Part shown: positions 27,364-37,036 of the stretch, one piece after another
Numbering within the stretch: position 1 is the first letter of the stretch
Layout of the letters: the number at the start of each line of letters is the position of its first letter
Assembly: GCA_029855935.1 (NCBI GenBank)
Contig: JAGSHN010000022.1
Location: 9,760 to 73,759, forward strand
Origin: Candidatus Thorarchaeota archaeon
GTDB taxonomy: Archaea; Asgardarchaeota; Thorarchaeia; Thorarchaeales; Thorarchaeaceae
Length of the DNA: 64,000 nucleotides
Direction of reading: 5' to 3'
Made by a program: the position numbers and the translations under genes
Notes under the pieces: generated by a model
The model's database searches: none
Told to the model about the DNA's origin: nothing
The model's input: the letters and a program-made list of their open reading frames with translations, nothing else

Positions 27364-27663
27364 TCACTTGCGACGAGAGCGTATCAGAAATGCGGGCGGA
27401 AGAATCCACGTGGACTTACATTTGGGGCACCTCGACGGCGCCTTGGTCGATGTCCGGCCTGTGAACACGTGACCACACTTGCCGCACGATGCGGGACGGA
27501 CCAGAAGCTCTCGCCCCTGAGGTCTCAATGACCGTGCTATGTGCTGCAGGTCCTCGTAGACCTGCGAACTGCGCGCGTCGAGCTCCTCGCAGATCTCCTG
27601 AACAGTGAGCGGTTCCTCACTCGACTCCAGCAGTTCTACTATTCGTTCACGTCGTGTCGTCAC
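27364..27663 (-). CDS. HTH plus Zn-ribbon transcriptional regulator (COG3357/PF0610-like)
   Basis: TRRERIVELL, VYEDLQHIARSL, CGKCG...PSRCPKCKSTWI. Confidence 0.88.
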   Translation of the reverse strand: MTTRRERIVELLESSEEPLTVQEICEELDARSSQVYEDLQHIARSLRPQGRELLVRPASCGKCGHVFTGRTSTKAPSRCPKCKSTWILPPAFLIRSRRK

Positions 27664-27911
27664 GGCGACACTGGCGCAACGCTCCCAGAAATAGATTTGC
27701 AATCTTGCCTCGTGGTAGGCAGTCGAGAGTGCTGACGTACAGACAGACTAAATACGGAGACTGACAATACTACCTATGGCCAGCCAGTCAGGGGGTCAGA
27801 CAGACAGGCATAAGACCGGCAGGCTGGTGAGTCTAGCATCCACCTTGTCGGTCAGAGAGAGAACTTAGGATAATAGGTGGACTCGGCCCCATTGGTGCTG
27901 GGAGTGAAGAG

Positions 27912-29165
27912 ATGAGCCAGACGAGCCTCGTGAACTATGGCAGGCGGCCCACATTCGACGAGCTACTGTGCAGCAGATGTATGGGCCATAGAGCGCTCTG
28001 CGGGGTGAGACCGTGTCCGCTCGTCCTACGTGCTATGACCAAGGCGAGGATTGAGGATGTCCTCCGAGATCTTGAGCTGGAGGGCTCATCACCACCTGCC
28101 GTATTCGTCGGGAGCTACGGCTATCCCAAGGTGCTTGCGGGACCACTCGTCCCACCCTTCAGGGGAGAGGCCACGGCGGTCATGGAGCGGCCAGACCTCT
28201 GGCTGAACAAGAGCATAGACGAGATCATGGCCCTCAGGTTCAGTCTTGTCAGAACGAAGCAGCTCATCCCAGTCAGTGCGGCTGCCGACCCGCCCCGTAC
28301 TCTTGCCGAGACCCAGACGATGGTACTCTCGGACTCACCAATTGATGCCGAGGCGGCCTTGCTGAAGCGCCCCGAGTTCACCACTATCATCTCTCGGAGT
28401 ACACTCCCGGTTGGCCCATCAGCCCCGTTGAAGTCCTTCTCCCTTGAGGACAATCCAAAGGTCCCCCGGCCAGTGGAGCGTGTCACCTCGGACACGGACC
28501 TACCCGCCAATCAGGCTGTTGTCACTCTCTTCAAGGAGGGCGTCTCCGAACAGCACCTGACAAGACTCTTCTCAGTGGGTCTCCTTGGAATGGGTAAGAA
28601 GAGAAGACTTGTCCCCACAGAGTGGAGTATCACTGCCGTTGACGACATAGTCTCAAAGCGACTACATCGAGAGGTGCTGGACTACCCTGAGATCACGACT
28701 CATCTTGTCTTCTCTGATCATGCTCTGGGGAACACAGTGACAGTCCTGATGATGCCAGTGCCCTGGCAGTTCGAGGTCCTTGAGTGCTGGCTCAGCGGCC
28801 CTAACCCACGAGTGATCTCAGACCACGAGTATGCGCAAGGACGCAAGACCTACGCCAGCCACGTAGTGGGCGCCTACTACGCCGTCAGACTCCCCGTCCT
28901 AGAGTATCTGAGCCAGACGAGGAGGCAAGCTGGTGCTCTCGTCTTCCTTGAGATCGACCCGAAGAGATGGGTCCCTCTCGGGGTCTGGAGGTTCAGGGAG
29001 ATTGCGAGAAGGGCATTGAGACGGCGACCTGCACGGGCATCCAATCTTGACGAGGCACTTGAGATAGTGCAGTCAACGTTGGCAAACTCTCTCGACAGAT
29101 ACCTACAGGCCTCGGCAACAATAGAGCATACCCGGACTCAGACCAGACTGACCGAGTTCCTCTAG
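27912..29165 (+). CDS. nreA: Nre family DNA repair protein with C-terminal PIP box
   Basis: N-terminal Cys cluster, GSSPPAVFVGSYGYPKV, LVPTEWSITAVDD, PLGVW, C-terminal QTRLTEFL. Confidence 0.9.
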   Translation: MSQTSLVNYGRRPTFDELLCSRCMGHRALCGVRPCPLVLRAMTKARIEDVLRDLELEGSSPPAVFVGSYGYPKVLAGPLVPPFRGEATAVMERPDLWLNKSIDEIMALRFSLVRTKQLIPVSAAADPPRTLAETQTMVLSDSPIDAEAALLKRPEFTTIISRSTLPVGPSAPLKSFSLEDNPKVPRPVERVTSDTDLPANQAVVTLFKEGVSEQHLTRLFSVGLLGMGKKRRLVPTEWSITAVDDIVSKRLHREVLDYPEITTHLVFSDHALGNTVTVLMMPVPWQFEVLECWLSGPNPRVISDHEYAQGRKTYASHVVGAYYAVRLPVLEYLSQTRRQAGALVFLEIDPKRWVPLGVWRFREIARRALRRRPARASNLDEALEIVQSTLANSLDRYLQASATIEHTRTQTRLTEFL

Positions 29166-29337
29166 GGTGCTGCGTGGGAGCATATATATCTCGGCCCAGA
29201 CTCTCCCCCAGTGGTCACGCAAGGACACCCTGATGGCCGAGCCTGAGCCGTTTTGGTCCATAGCTATGGACAAAGTACGACGTCAGATGAAGGTCACTGC
29301 TGGCCTGAGGGGAGGATGAGGATGCAGGAGGATAGCG

Positions 29338-30858
29338 TTGTCGGCGTACGAGGCGCTGTGTCGCGTCGGAGAGAGAGTCCCACTCGCAGGACGACTGGCC
29401 CGCCGTGAGGACAAGGCCGAACTTGTGCGTGCAACTGAGTTCCTGCGGCCCGAGATGAGCGTCACTCCCGAGGGCGTGATAGGGGCCGCCTATCTGTCTG
29501 CGACGCTCGTCGCTGTCGCGATTGTTGCACTAGGCTTCCTAGCAAGACTAAACCTCCTGTCCGTCGTGCCCCTATCCCTCATCAATGGTATCTTCGTCTA
29601 TTTCGCGCTCTCCACGTATCCGGTCTCCAAGATGAACAGCTACCGCTTGGCCCTATCAGAGGAGGCGGACATGATCTTCGAACAGTTTGTGCTCGTCTTT
29701 CAGGCGAGGGGCACAATCTTTGACGCGATGTGGATGGTCGCTGAGTCCGACCATCCCTTTCTCTCTCAGGCCTTCCGCCAGATGCTCGGAGATGTTGAGC
29801 GTGGAACACCACCTGAGCAGTGCCTCCGGGAGTTCGCGATGAGCCAGCCCTCTGACGATCTGAGAAGATATCTTGTCGCGATACTCTCGGCACACGAACG
29901 TGGAGATGACCTTCTTGAGGCGCTCTCCGGGCAGTCTTTTGAGGCCGATGCTGCGCTGCGGGCAAAGAACCTTGAGCTCGAGAGCAGGTTGTTGATCACG
30001 GCCGCGGTCACTACATACCTCCCCATCATCGTGACCCTCGGACTTGCACTTCAGGGTCTGACCAATGACATCTCCATACTGTTGCTGATACCCCTGTTCG
30101 GGGGACTCAGCGTCGTCCTTCGAACAAGGTTCACCCGAGGCTTCTCTGCGTACTTTGACAGACCACAACACAAAGGTCTGGCAACGCCCTCGCAGGCCGC
30201 CATAATGGCCGAGTACAACTCGTTCCTGAACCTTCTGCTGCTCCTCAGCGAGAGACTACGGGCCGGCGACACCCTCGAGGTCGCCCTCACAGAGGTTCGC
30301 GACTCGGCCGAGCCCGCTGTCAAGCCAATCATCGACACGGCAGTGGAGCGCCTGTATGCCGACCGCCCAATCAAGGAGGCAATGGAGGCCGCAGCAGACG
30401 TGGCGAGAGGACAACGTGTTGCATCTCTGGTCAGGCTGACACAGAGGATGTGTGAGGTGTCCACACTTGAGGCAGGGCACCGTCTTGGTCGAATTGTTGC
30501 GAGGCTCATCAAGCGATACGAGGTGGCAAAAGAGCGAGAGTCAATCATTGCCGCTCAGAGGCTCAAGGTGTATCTGCTCACTCTAACCAGTGCGGTCGTG
30601 CTGGGACTACTGTCGGCCCTCGCGCCGTTTATGGCTGTGGCCTCTATGTTTCGCGGTGGCGGGCCAATTCAGTTCCCAGCCCTCTCGATCTCAGACATTG
30701 TACCGCTTGCCATAACTCTGGGCGTGACCTCTTTGATCACAGGTCATCAGAACAGTGTGATGGTCAATGGCGCACATCCGAGGATGATGGGAATGGTCGC
30801 AGGCCTCGCATACTGGCTCTCCTTAGTGGTCGGGCTGTCACTTGTCCACATAGTATGA
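29338..30858 (+). CDS. Type II secretion system F-domain (TadC/PilC/ArlJ-like) membrane platform protein
   Basis: Two helical domains (LSQAFRQMLGDVERGTPPEQCL; AGDTLEVAL) each followed by TM helices. Confidence 0.72.
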   Translation: MSAYEALCRVGERVPLAGRLARREDKAELVRATEFLRPEMSVTPEGVIGAAYLSATLVAVAIVALGFLARLNLLSVVPLSLINGIFVYFALSTYPVSKMNSYRLALSEEADMIFEQFVLVFQARGTIFDAMWMVAESDHPFLSQAFRQMLGDVERGTPPEQCLREFAMSQPSDDLRRYLVAILSAHERGDDLLEALSGQSFEADAALRAKNLELESRLLITAAVTTYLPIIVTLGLALQGLTNDISILLLIPLFGGLSVVLRTRFTRGFSAYFDRPQHKGLATPSQAAIMAEYNSFLNLLLLLSERLRAGDTLEVALTEVRDSAEPAVKPIIDTAVERLYADRPIKEAMEAAADVARGQRVASLVRLTQRMCEVSTLEAGHRLGRIVARLIKRYEVAKERESIIAAQRLKVYLLTLTSAVVLGLLSALAPFMAVASMFRGGGPIQFPALSISDIVPLAITLGVTSLITGHQNSVMVNGAHPRMMGMVAGLAYWLSLVVGLSLVHIV

Positions 30859-30978
30859 CCTAGGCCGCCTCACGGCACCGGCACGGCAGAGCATGGGATT
30901 CCGTCAATGGCCGCGGCGACTCCCACCACGTAGCTTTTTTAGGAACTGGTTGCACTGTCCAGTCTTGCTACTCGCGAG

Positions 30979-31623
30979 GTGGTAACTGTGCAACTGATAA
31001 TAGACTACTCGCTCGGAGAGATAATGGCCTATTTCAGGGACCCTACGGTCATAGGCTGGGTTCTGGTGGGTTCAGGCATTCTTGCGGCGATATGGTTGTT
31101 CGAGAATCTCACGGACCCGATCCCAGTACTTGGTTGGCTCTTTGATGGCTTGAATGCTGTGGCAGCCTACCTTGGATTCATCGTTGGCGCGCTGGACATC
31201 CTTGTGGGCTATGTGGTGTATGAGTACTATCCAGCGGCCACATTGGTGGCAGCGGTGCTTGTCGTGGCGGGATTCTGTCTCGTGATGCGCCTGCTAAAGA
31301 AGATCCCGCTGGCGCTGGTCTTCGCACTGGCGGTGGCCATCTTCGGGACCTTTACGGTCTACGGCATACTCGCGCCATACAAGGATGCCATGTTTATTGG
31401 CGACATAGTGACGCAGATCATCTCTCTCAAGGGGATGATCATAATTGGCCTCATCATATTCACCGTGGCCTACGTTGTCGGAGGTCTCGTGATCAAGCTG
31501 ATCCAGCTCATCGGCGCGGTCTTCTCCTCAGCCCCAGTGAGCGTCTTGGTTGGCCTCGGTGCTATCGCCGTGGGAATAATTGTCCTCGTGAACCCGGTCA
31601 TGGTAAGCCTCATCGTCACGTGA
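30979..31623 (+). CDS. Hypothetical polytopic membrane protein
   Basis: About 6 TM helices. Confidence 0.75.
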   Translation: MVTVQLIIDYSLGEIMAYFRDPTVIGWVLVGSGILAAIWLFENLTDPIPVLGWLFDGLNAVAAYLGFIVGALDILVGYVVYEYYPAATLVAAVLVVAGFCLVMRLLKKIPLALVFALAVAIFGTFTVYGILAPYKDAMFIGDIVTQIISLKGMIIIGLIIFTVAYVVGGLVIKLIQLIGAVFSSAPVSVLVGLGAIAVGIIVLVNPVMVSLIVT

Positions 31624-31648
31624 CCCCAACAGGAGATACGACGAAATC

Positions 31649-31679
31649 GGGAGGAGAGCCGTCAAGAAGTCCTCCTCCC
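31649..31679 (+). terminator. Hairpin after the membrane protein gene
   Basis: GGGAGGAG...CTCCTCCC then CTTCACACTTTT. Confidence 0.5.
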
Positions 31680-31846
31680 CTTCACACTTTTGCGGATCAC
31701 GCATTGCCTGCACCAGCGGCGCTAGGTCGCGATAGGATGATGTTCCATCGAGGCCCCAGGTCCGGTTGTTTCGGGTGACAGGCTGGTGGGGATAAGTTAT
31801 AATGGAACCGGGAGAAGATGTATCTACACGCTCCCGAGGGAATGCC

Positions 31847-32122
31847 GTGCCATATTGTGAACTCTGGATGGAGATGCGGTCAGGAAATGTCGCCTTCAGG
31901 GTGGCCCTCCTCGTACCCGTCGGATTCGACGTGCCCATCGACCTGAAAAAGCTGAAGATGCGTGATGCCATCGCCGACAGGGAGTTCTACGTCTCCCGGT
32001 GGTTCCCGGAGGTGCTGGCGGCAAAACACGCAATGGATGATGTCGCAAGATACTATGCCGAACGAAGGGTGAAGTTCCTCTTCTTCAGAGAGATCCGACC
32101 CATCACAGCAACACTTGCCTGA
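31847..32122 (+). CDS. Hypothetical protein
   Basis: GTG start with GAGGG upstream and TTATAAT near 31797; the frame is open from 31802. Confidence 0.55.
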   Translation: MPYCELWMEMRSGNVAFRVALLVPVGFDVPIDLKKLKMRDAIADREFYVSRWFPEVLAAKHAMDDVARYYAERRVKFLFFREIRPITATLA

Positions 32123-32316
32123 ACACAGTGTGACAGAGACTACCTGATGGCCTCAGATGCGCCATCGGAGGGACATCTGCACAGGACGACGACCGTTCAT
32201 AAATCGCAAGCCAAACTTAAAATACGACCATTGACCCAAGTGATTACTCAGACTACCGGAGCCCACCTACGCGAGCCGTGGGAGGACTGCTCCCTGACGC
32301 AGGAGGAGAATGTCGG

Positions 32317-32880
32317 ATGGCCTCACCTCAGGTGACGGACGAGAAACACGATGACCGCAAGAGAATCATCAGCGTCACGATGAGCCAAGCCCTAGTCGCG
32401 AGGATTGATGAACTCGTTCAGCAGCGGATTGGCAGGTCAAGGGCGCAGTTGATTGAGGACGCAGTGAGATGGTTCATCGACCTGACCGTATACAAGTGGA
32501 GCGAGAGGGGGATATACATCGACTCCAGCCGGGTCATATTAGAGAGCGAGACTCTCTCCTCTCTGTACTTCTCCAGGCTGACACCGGCTGACCAGTACGA
32601 ACTGGGCGTCACTGCGGGGAAACAGGCACCCGTGGCAGATGTGGTACGCTTGTTCCATAGCAAGGACCCGAGGGACCCCGAGAACTTCCCTCTGGTGTTG
32701 CGTCTGCTCCAGGACCAAGGGTGGGGAGCAATCACTCTACGGGATGACCTCATTGTGATCAGCAGCCCGTTCTATCCGCCTAGCTTCGTGAGGGGATTCC
32801 TAGAATCACTCCTCGGTATCCGCCTCCGCAGTGTCGAGACATCGACCAAGGACACTGTTGCACTGAGAATCGTAAAGTAG
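32317..32880 (+). CDS. Ribbon-helix-helix (CopG/NikR-type) regulator with V4R-like C-terminal domain
   Basis: IISVTMSQALVARIDELV...SRAQLIEDAV; LQDQGWG and FVRGFLESLLG; AGGAGG upstream. Confidence 0.8.
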   Translation: MASPQVTDEKHDDRKRIISVTMSQALVARIDELVQQRIGRSRAQLIEDAVRWFIDLTVYKWSERGIYIDSSRVILESETLSSLYFSRLTPADQYELGVTAGKQAPVADVVRLFHSKDPRDPENFPLVLRLLQDQGWGAITLRDDLIVISSPFYPPSFVRGFLESLLGIRLRSVETSTKDTVALRIVK

Positions 32881-33044
32881 GTCACCAGTGGGGGATCTTC
32901 GCCCCGGTTGGGGATAGGTGGCGAGGGGCTGGACTGGACTTTCGGCCCACAGTCTAGGTGTGAAGACCTGCTGCAGACCTCCTAGGACATGGGTCAGACT
33001 GTCAGCCAAGCGAAGGGGAATCACGTCTTCGAGGCGGGTCTCTC

Positions 33045-33470
33045 CTACCCGCTGCTATCGAGCTCGAGGATCTCGAACTCGCTCTCATACAGACCGGGAA
33101 TACTCTCGATGATCTCACGAATCCTCTGGGCCTTCTCCCGAATGCCATCGGTGGCAAAGTAGACCTCGTAGATACAGCGGTTCTGTTCAAAGCAGAAACC
33201 AGTGGTATACAGCACCTTCAGGTCCTGTTCCTTGAACAGATGTGTCATGGTCTGCATAAGCGCTGGATTGACCTTCTCGACCTCAAGCCGAACTCGTGCT
33301 CCGCTGTCCTTCGTCATAGGAATCAGGCGGAGCTCGCCCGTGCGCTCAAAGTAGATGCAGATTGCGGCCTTGACATCCTTATAGATCGGGCTGTTGTAGA
33401 ACTCGTCGGGAATGCGCACCTCGCGGCTCTTCCGAACATCAACAATGGTACCCTTTGTGAGCCCGGCCAC
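33045..33470 (-). CDS. Hypothetical regulator, AbrB-like N-terminus plus ACT-like domain
   Basis: IVDVRKSREVRIP (AbrB-like) followed by an ACT-like beta/alpha pattern. Confidence 0.55.
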   Translation of the reverse strand: MAGLTKGTIVDVRKSREVRIPDEFYNSPIYKDVKAAICIYFERTGELRLIPMTKDSGARVRLEVEKVNPALMQTMTHLFKEQDLKVLYTTGFCFEQNRCIYEVYFATDGIREKAQRIREIIESIPGLYESEFEILELDSSG

Positions 33471-33602
33471 CCTAATCGCCTCAGCACAAACTATGCGCTA
33501 TCGTTGTATTCCTCTTATTTGTACTTTCGTACGGCCATAACAGCCGACATACCTCCAAATCCTTATCAGTCTATGGTCCCTTCCACTGTCGAGGTCTCGA
33601 AG

Positions 33603-33722
33603 ATGGCAAAGGAAGGAGAGACATACATCTGTGATGTATGCGGCCAGATCGTTGTAGTGAAGAAGGGTGGTGCCGGCACGCTGGTCTGCTGCAACCAGCC
33701 GATGCGACTGCTTGAGGAATGA
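33603..33722 (+). CDS. Stand-alone desulforedoxin (FeS4 iron-binding domain)
   Basis: MAKEGETYICDVCGQIVVVKKGGAGTLVCCNQPMRLLEE (CxxC...CC); GAGGT upstream. Confidence 0.9.
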   Translation: MAKEGETYICDVCGQIVVVKKGGAGTLVCCNQPMRLLEE

Positions 33723-33852
33723 GCGACCCCCGGAACTGGGTAGGCTATCTGTTCCAGCAATCCAGGTCCCGTCGTCAAGACGGGTGGCTGCACCAGCGTG
33801 GAACTCGCTCAGAGTATAGACCGCCTCACAACGTGGGGCCGCGTTGACAACG

Positions 33853-33860
33853 TTTATATT
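33853..33860 (+). promoter_or_regulatory. TATA-like element upstream of the rpo5-like gene
   Basis: TTTATATT about 45 nt upstream of ATG 33905. Confidence 0.45.
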
Positions 33861-33904
33861 TGCACTACGAGGCGAATCTATCACTCTTTGTTGGGTGCTG
33901 CGAG

Positions 33905-34489
33905 ATGGCCGAGATGATAGATGGGGCTGAGCGTGGGATTCCGACCATTGTGAAGAAGACACGCCAATTACTGACCCTCCGCGGCTATACAGTCAACGAG
34001 CTGTACGAGTACGACACCCGATACGTGATGATCCCCGAGAAGCGAACCGACGATCACGTGACTAGGTCAGTCGTGTGGGTGCTCAAGGAACCAAGGGTCG
34101 TTGGTGTCGCAATCATCAAGGACCTGATTCGCAGCATGGAGGAGAACGAGGCTGAGGAGGGCATCCTCGTCGGCGGCGCGCGCTTCACGCCAGCTGCAAA
34201 GAAGCAGGCACGCGAGAGCAATGTGGAACTTGTTGAGGGCACCTATTCCTCCTTCGATCTCTTCAAGCACGAACTGGTGCCCAAGCACTACATAGCCTCC
34301 GAGGAGGAGGTCCGCAGAGTTCTTGAGTACTATGGCATATCAAAGACCGACCTGCCACGCATCTACCGCGACGACCCTGCGGTGCGTGTCCTTGGCGCCA
34401 AGGCAGGACAGGTCATCAGAGTGGAGAGATTCAGTCCGACTGCCGGAAAGACTCACTACTGGCGCCTCGTCGTTGAGGGCGCATCGTGA
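33905..34489 (+). CDS. rpoH: RNA polymerase subunit Rpo5/RpoH with eukaryote-like Rpb5 N-terminal domain
   Basis: C-terminal HELVPKH...LPRI...DP...G...GQVIRVER.SPTAG...WRLV; about 120-aa N-terminal extension with LRGY and FTPAAK. Confidence 0.9.
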   Translation: MAEMIDGAERGIPTIVKKTRQLLTLRGYTVNELYEYDTRYVMIPEKRTDDHVTRSVVWVLKEPRVVGVAIIKDLIRSMEENEAEEGILVGGARFTPAAKKQARESNVELVEGTYSSFDLFKHELVPKHYIASEEEVRRVLEYYGISKTDLPRIYRDDPAVRVLGAKAGQVIRVERFSPTAGKTHYWRLVVEGAS

Positions 34490-34599
34490 GACAACGTGGT
34501 TGAGAGCAGGCCCAGTGGTCACTCATTCATCCCCCTACGCCTTTCACCGGGAGAGAGGGTCCCACCCGACAGATCAATTGCGGGTGTCGGCCATGCAGC

Positions 34600-35403
34600 C
34601 TACAACACGACGAGACCAAGCCACGCACCTACAATGAGCATGACGACTGTTGTGAGAAACGGCACGGTCACATTGTCAGACCCCTTCGGACTGACGAGTT
34701 CTATCAGAGTCGCCGAGGCTGCACCAGTCAGTGCGAGCGTGATCATCTGGGACCAGAGTATGCCCGACGAACCGACCAGCGTCCCGTAGTTGAATATGCC
34801 AAAGAACCAGAATGCGATGAGAGTGCCAAGAAGACCGAACACAAAGAGCGCAAGAGAACCGTGCAGACTGCGTTCCGAGCCGAATATGACTCTCCTGTAT
34901 CGTTGCCCGTACTTCATTCCGATTGGCGCCGAGAGACCGTCACCGAACATCATTATGTGAATTGCAGCAGCAGGGACAAAGTAGATCTGCTCTAGGCCTG
35001 TGAAGGTGAAGAGCCCAGTGAGCACAGTGATGGACACAGCGTACCAGAGTGGACCACGTATGCTGCCGTGTTCAAGATCCTCCGGACGCGCCATCGCCTC
35101 GAAGTACCGGCTGAACCGTTCCGCACCCGCAATGACGAGAAAGACCACGAACGTGAATGCCACCAGCGTCGCCATCCACGGATGCGGATAGTATGGTACC
35201 GTCCATATTGCAGCGCCTGCGAACAGGTGAATCACCTTGCGCGTGAAGTCTGGCTTGAGATTGAGTCTGCGACGGAGCAGATCGCCCGCAGTCAGAACAA
35301 TCAGCACATAGAACAGGGCAATGAAGTAGACGACGATGTCACCGGTCTGGATGACGAGTTCCACCTGCTGCACGGCTCGCACACTCGCAGGCGTCGATGA
35401 CAT
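34600..35403 (-). CDS. CTP-dependent polyprenol kinase (dolichol/phytol/farnesol kinase, SEC59/DGK1/VTE5 family)
   Basis: RKVIH, GPLWY, FGDGLSAPIG, RSLHGS, DNVTVP. Confidence 0.85.
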   Translation of the reverse strand: MSSTPASVRAVQQVELVIQTGDIVVYFIALFYVLIVLTAGDLLRRRLNLKPDFTRKVIHLFAGAAIWTVPYYPHPWMATLVAFTFVVFLVIAGAERFSRYFEAMARPEDLEHGSIRGPLWYAVSITVLTGLFTFTGLEQIYFVPAAAIHIMMFGDGLSAPIGMKYGQRYRRVIFGSERSLHGSLALFVFGLLGTLIAFWFFGIFNYGTLVGSSGILWSQMITLALTGAASATLIELVSPKGSDNVTVPFLTTVVMLIVGAWLGLVVL

Positions 35404-35430
35404 TCCTGACCTTATATCTGTCGCCCGAAG

Positions 35431-36270
35431 TCACTCGATCTCCCGTGTGTCAGCAACAGGCCGTGGCTCTACTCCTGAGAGCTCAGCCAGTGTGCTGATC
35501 GCCGAACGTACTCTGTCCCTGATCTCGTCCAGCGACTCTCCGCGGGCCGACACCCACACTCTGAGCACATCGCTGGTGCCGTATCTTCTCGGCATCGACT
35601 TGATGTACACACCGGGGTTCTTTCGCATCGCCTTCGTGATGAACGGAGCGAAGACGGTCTCATCGCGGACGGGAAACTCCACTACCTCCTCGTAGTATCG
35701 TCCCGTGACACGTTCCTCAAGCCACGGGACTACCGAGTCCTCAAAGATGAACTTGAGCTCGCTCGGAACACCGGGCAGACAGAATATCACCGCTGCGTCG
35801 GTCTCGAGGCGGATACCCGGCGCGCCACCGACCCTGTTGTCGAGAGGGACCGCACCCTCGGGTATCATCGCCATCTTTCGTCTGCTATCAATGTAGTCGG
35901 GTGTGTCGACGATACCCCTCTTGTAGAGCTCCTGGTACTGCCTCTTGACAATCGCGGCCGCGTGGGGGTCCTCCACCAGAGGGAGACCAAACGTTCTCGC
36001 CACAGCCTCAAGTGTCATATCATCGTGGGTGGGTCCCAGACCCCCTGAGGTGAAGATGACATCACTCGTCTCTGCCAGAAAATGTATTCCTGCGGCAATC
36101 TCATCCAGATTGTCGCGGACTGCGGCAAGACGCGAGACCCTCAGCCCGATTGAGGCGAGCCTCAGCTCCAACCAGTTAGAGTTAGTGTCTAGGATCATCC
36201 CGTCGAGAATCTCGTTTCCTATGATCAAGATGCCTGCTGACCCGACAACACTGTCACCGCGATTCATCAT
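35431..36270 (-). CDS. CinA-like molybdopterin-binding domain protein (COG1058)
   Basis: IGNEILDG...DTNS, SGGLGPTHDDMT, LPGVPSE. Confidence 0.88.
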   Translation of the reverse strand: MMNRGDSVVGSAGILIIGNEILDGMILDTNSNWLELRLASIGLRVSRLAAVRDNLDEIAAGIHFLAETSDVIFTSGGLGPTHDDMTLEAVARTFGLPLVEDPHAAAIVKRQYQELYKRGIVDTPDYIDSRRKMAMIPEGAVPLDNRVGGAPGIRLETDAAVIFCLPGVPSELKFIFEDSVVPWLEERVTGRYYEEVVEFPVRDETVFAPFITKAMRKNPGVYIKSMPRRYGTSDVLRVWVSARGESLDEIRDRVRSAISTLAELSGVEPRPVADTREIE

Positions 36271-36273
36271 AGT

Positions 36274-36927
36274 CTACTCCCCGCATTCCAATTCAAGCTC
36301 CCTGTCCAGGGCCCTGCTTATTGCGTGCAGAGTGTCCAGTCTCTCTCGTGCAAGGCGCTTGGCCGTATCGGTGACCATGGTCTCCGAGATCTGCTGAGCC
36401 AGCGGAAGAAACTTGCGCAGACGTTCGGCCATGTCGCTGAGGCGCAGCCCGGGCCGGAGGATGACACCATTGAGGACATAGTGAAGTAGTCCGACGACTC
36501 CAAGCTTCACAAGTTTGTCTGCCTCCCAGAGGACCTGTGACTCCAGTGAAGGTAGGGGCGCTCTGAGAGTCAGACCCACGTGGTCACGGATGGCCTGCGC
36601 CACCCGCTCAATCGTCTCCTCATCAATGCCAGCCTCGCGAAGAGTCCTCGCTGCTCGGCGAGCGCCCTCCTCTCCGTGGTCGTCAGCCCCACCGAGACCG
36701 GGCTTCGCACAATCGTGTAACCAGGCCGCCAGCTTCACAATGCGCTCGTCTGCACCCTCAGCCCTCGCGAGATGAAGTGCGGTCTCCACCACCAGCTCGA
36801 CGTGGTCGCCACGGTAGTTGTAAGGTGGCACTTCAGAGGTATCAAGCGCGTTCCTCCACTCTTTGCGGGCTGCGCGCTGCGACTCGCACATGACCATCTC
36901 TCTGAGCCGCCGCTCAATGTCATTCAT
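36274..36927 (-). CDS. HD-domain phosphohydrolase
   Basis: H...AAWLHDCAK...H...H...EADKL. Confidence 0.88.
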   Translation of the reverse strand: MNDIERRLREMVMCESQRAARKEWRNALDTSEVPPYNYRGDHVELVVETALHLARAEGADERIVKLAAWLHDCAKPGLGGADDHGEEGARRAARTLREAGIDEETIERVAQAIRDHVGLTLRAPLPSLESQVLWEADKLVKLGVVGLLHYVLNGVILRPGLRLSDMAERLRKFLPLAQQISETMVTDTAKRLARERLDTLHAISRALDRELELECGE

Positions 36928-36998
36928 CACGGCCACCGTCGGCGAATGGGGCCACATCCCTTTCAAGCCTTGTCATTAGGACCAATTGGGAATCAGGG

Positions 36999-37010
36999 CC
37001 AAGGCTTAAG
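36999..37010 (+). promoter_or_regulatory. BRE-TATA-like promoter at the start of the glycan locus
   Basis: CCAAGGCTTAAG about 27 nt before ATG 37037, consistent with a near-leaderless transcript. Confidence 0.45.
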
Positions 37011-37036
37011 AGGAACTGGCCAAGAGCTCCCAAACT

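Noticed and set aside
33240-33602. 160-aa ORF apparently extending the desulforedoxin
   Set aside because: The upstream part is antisense to the 33045-33470 gene; the real start is the SD-preceded ATG at 33603.
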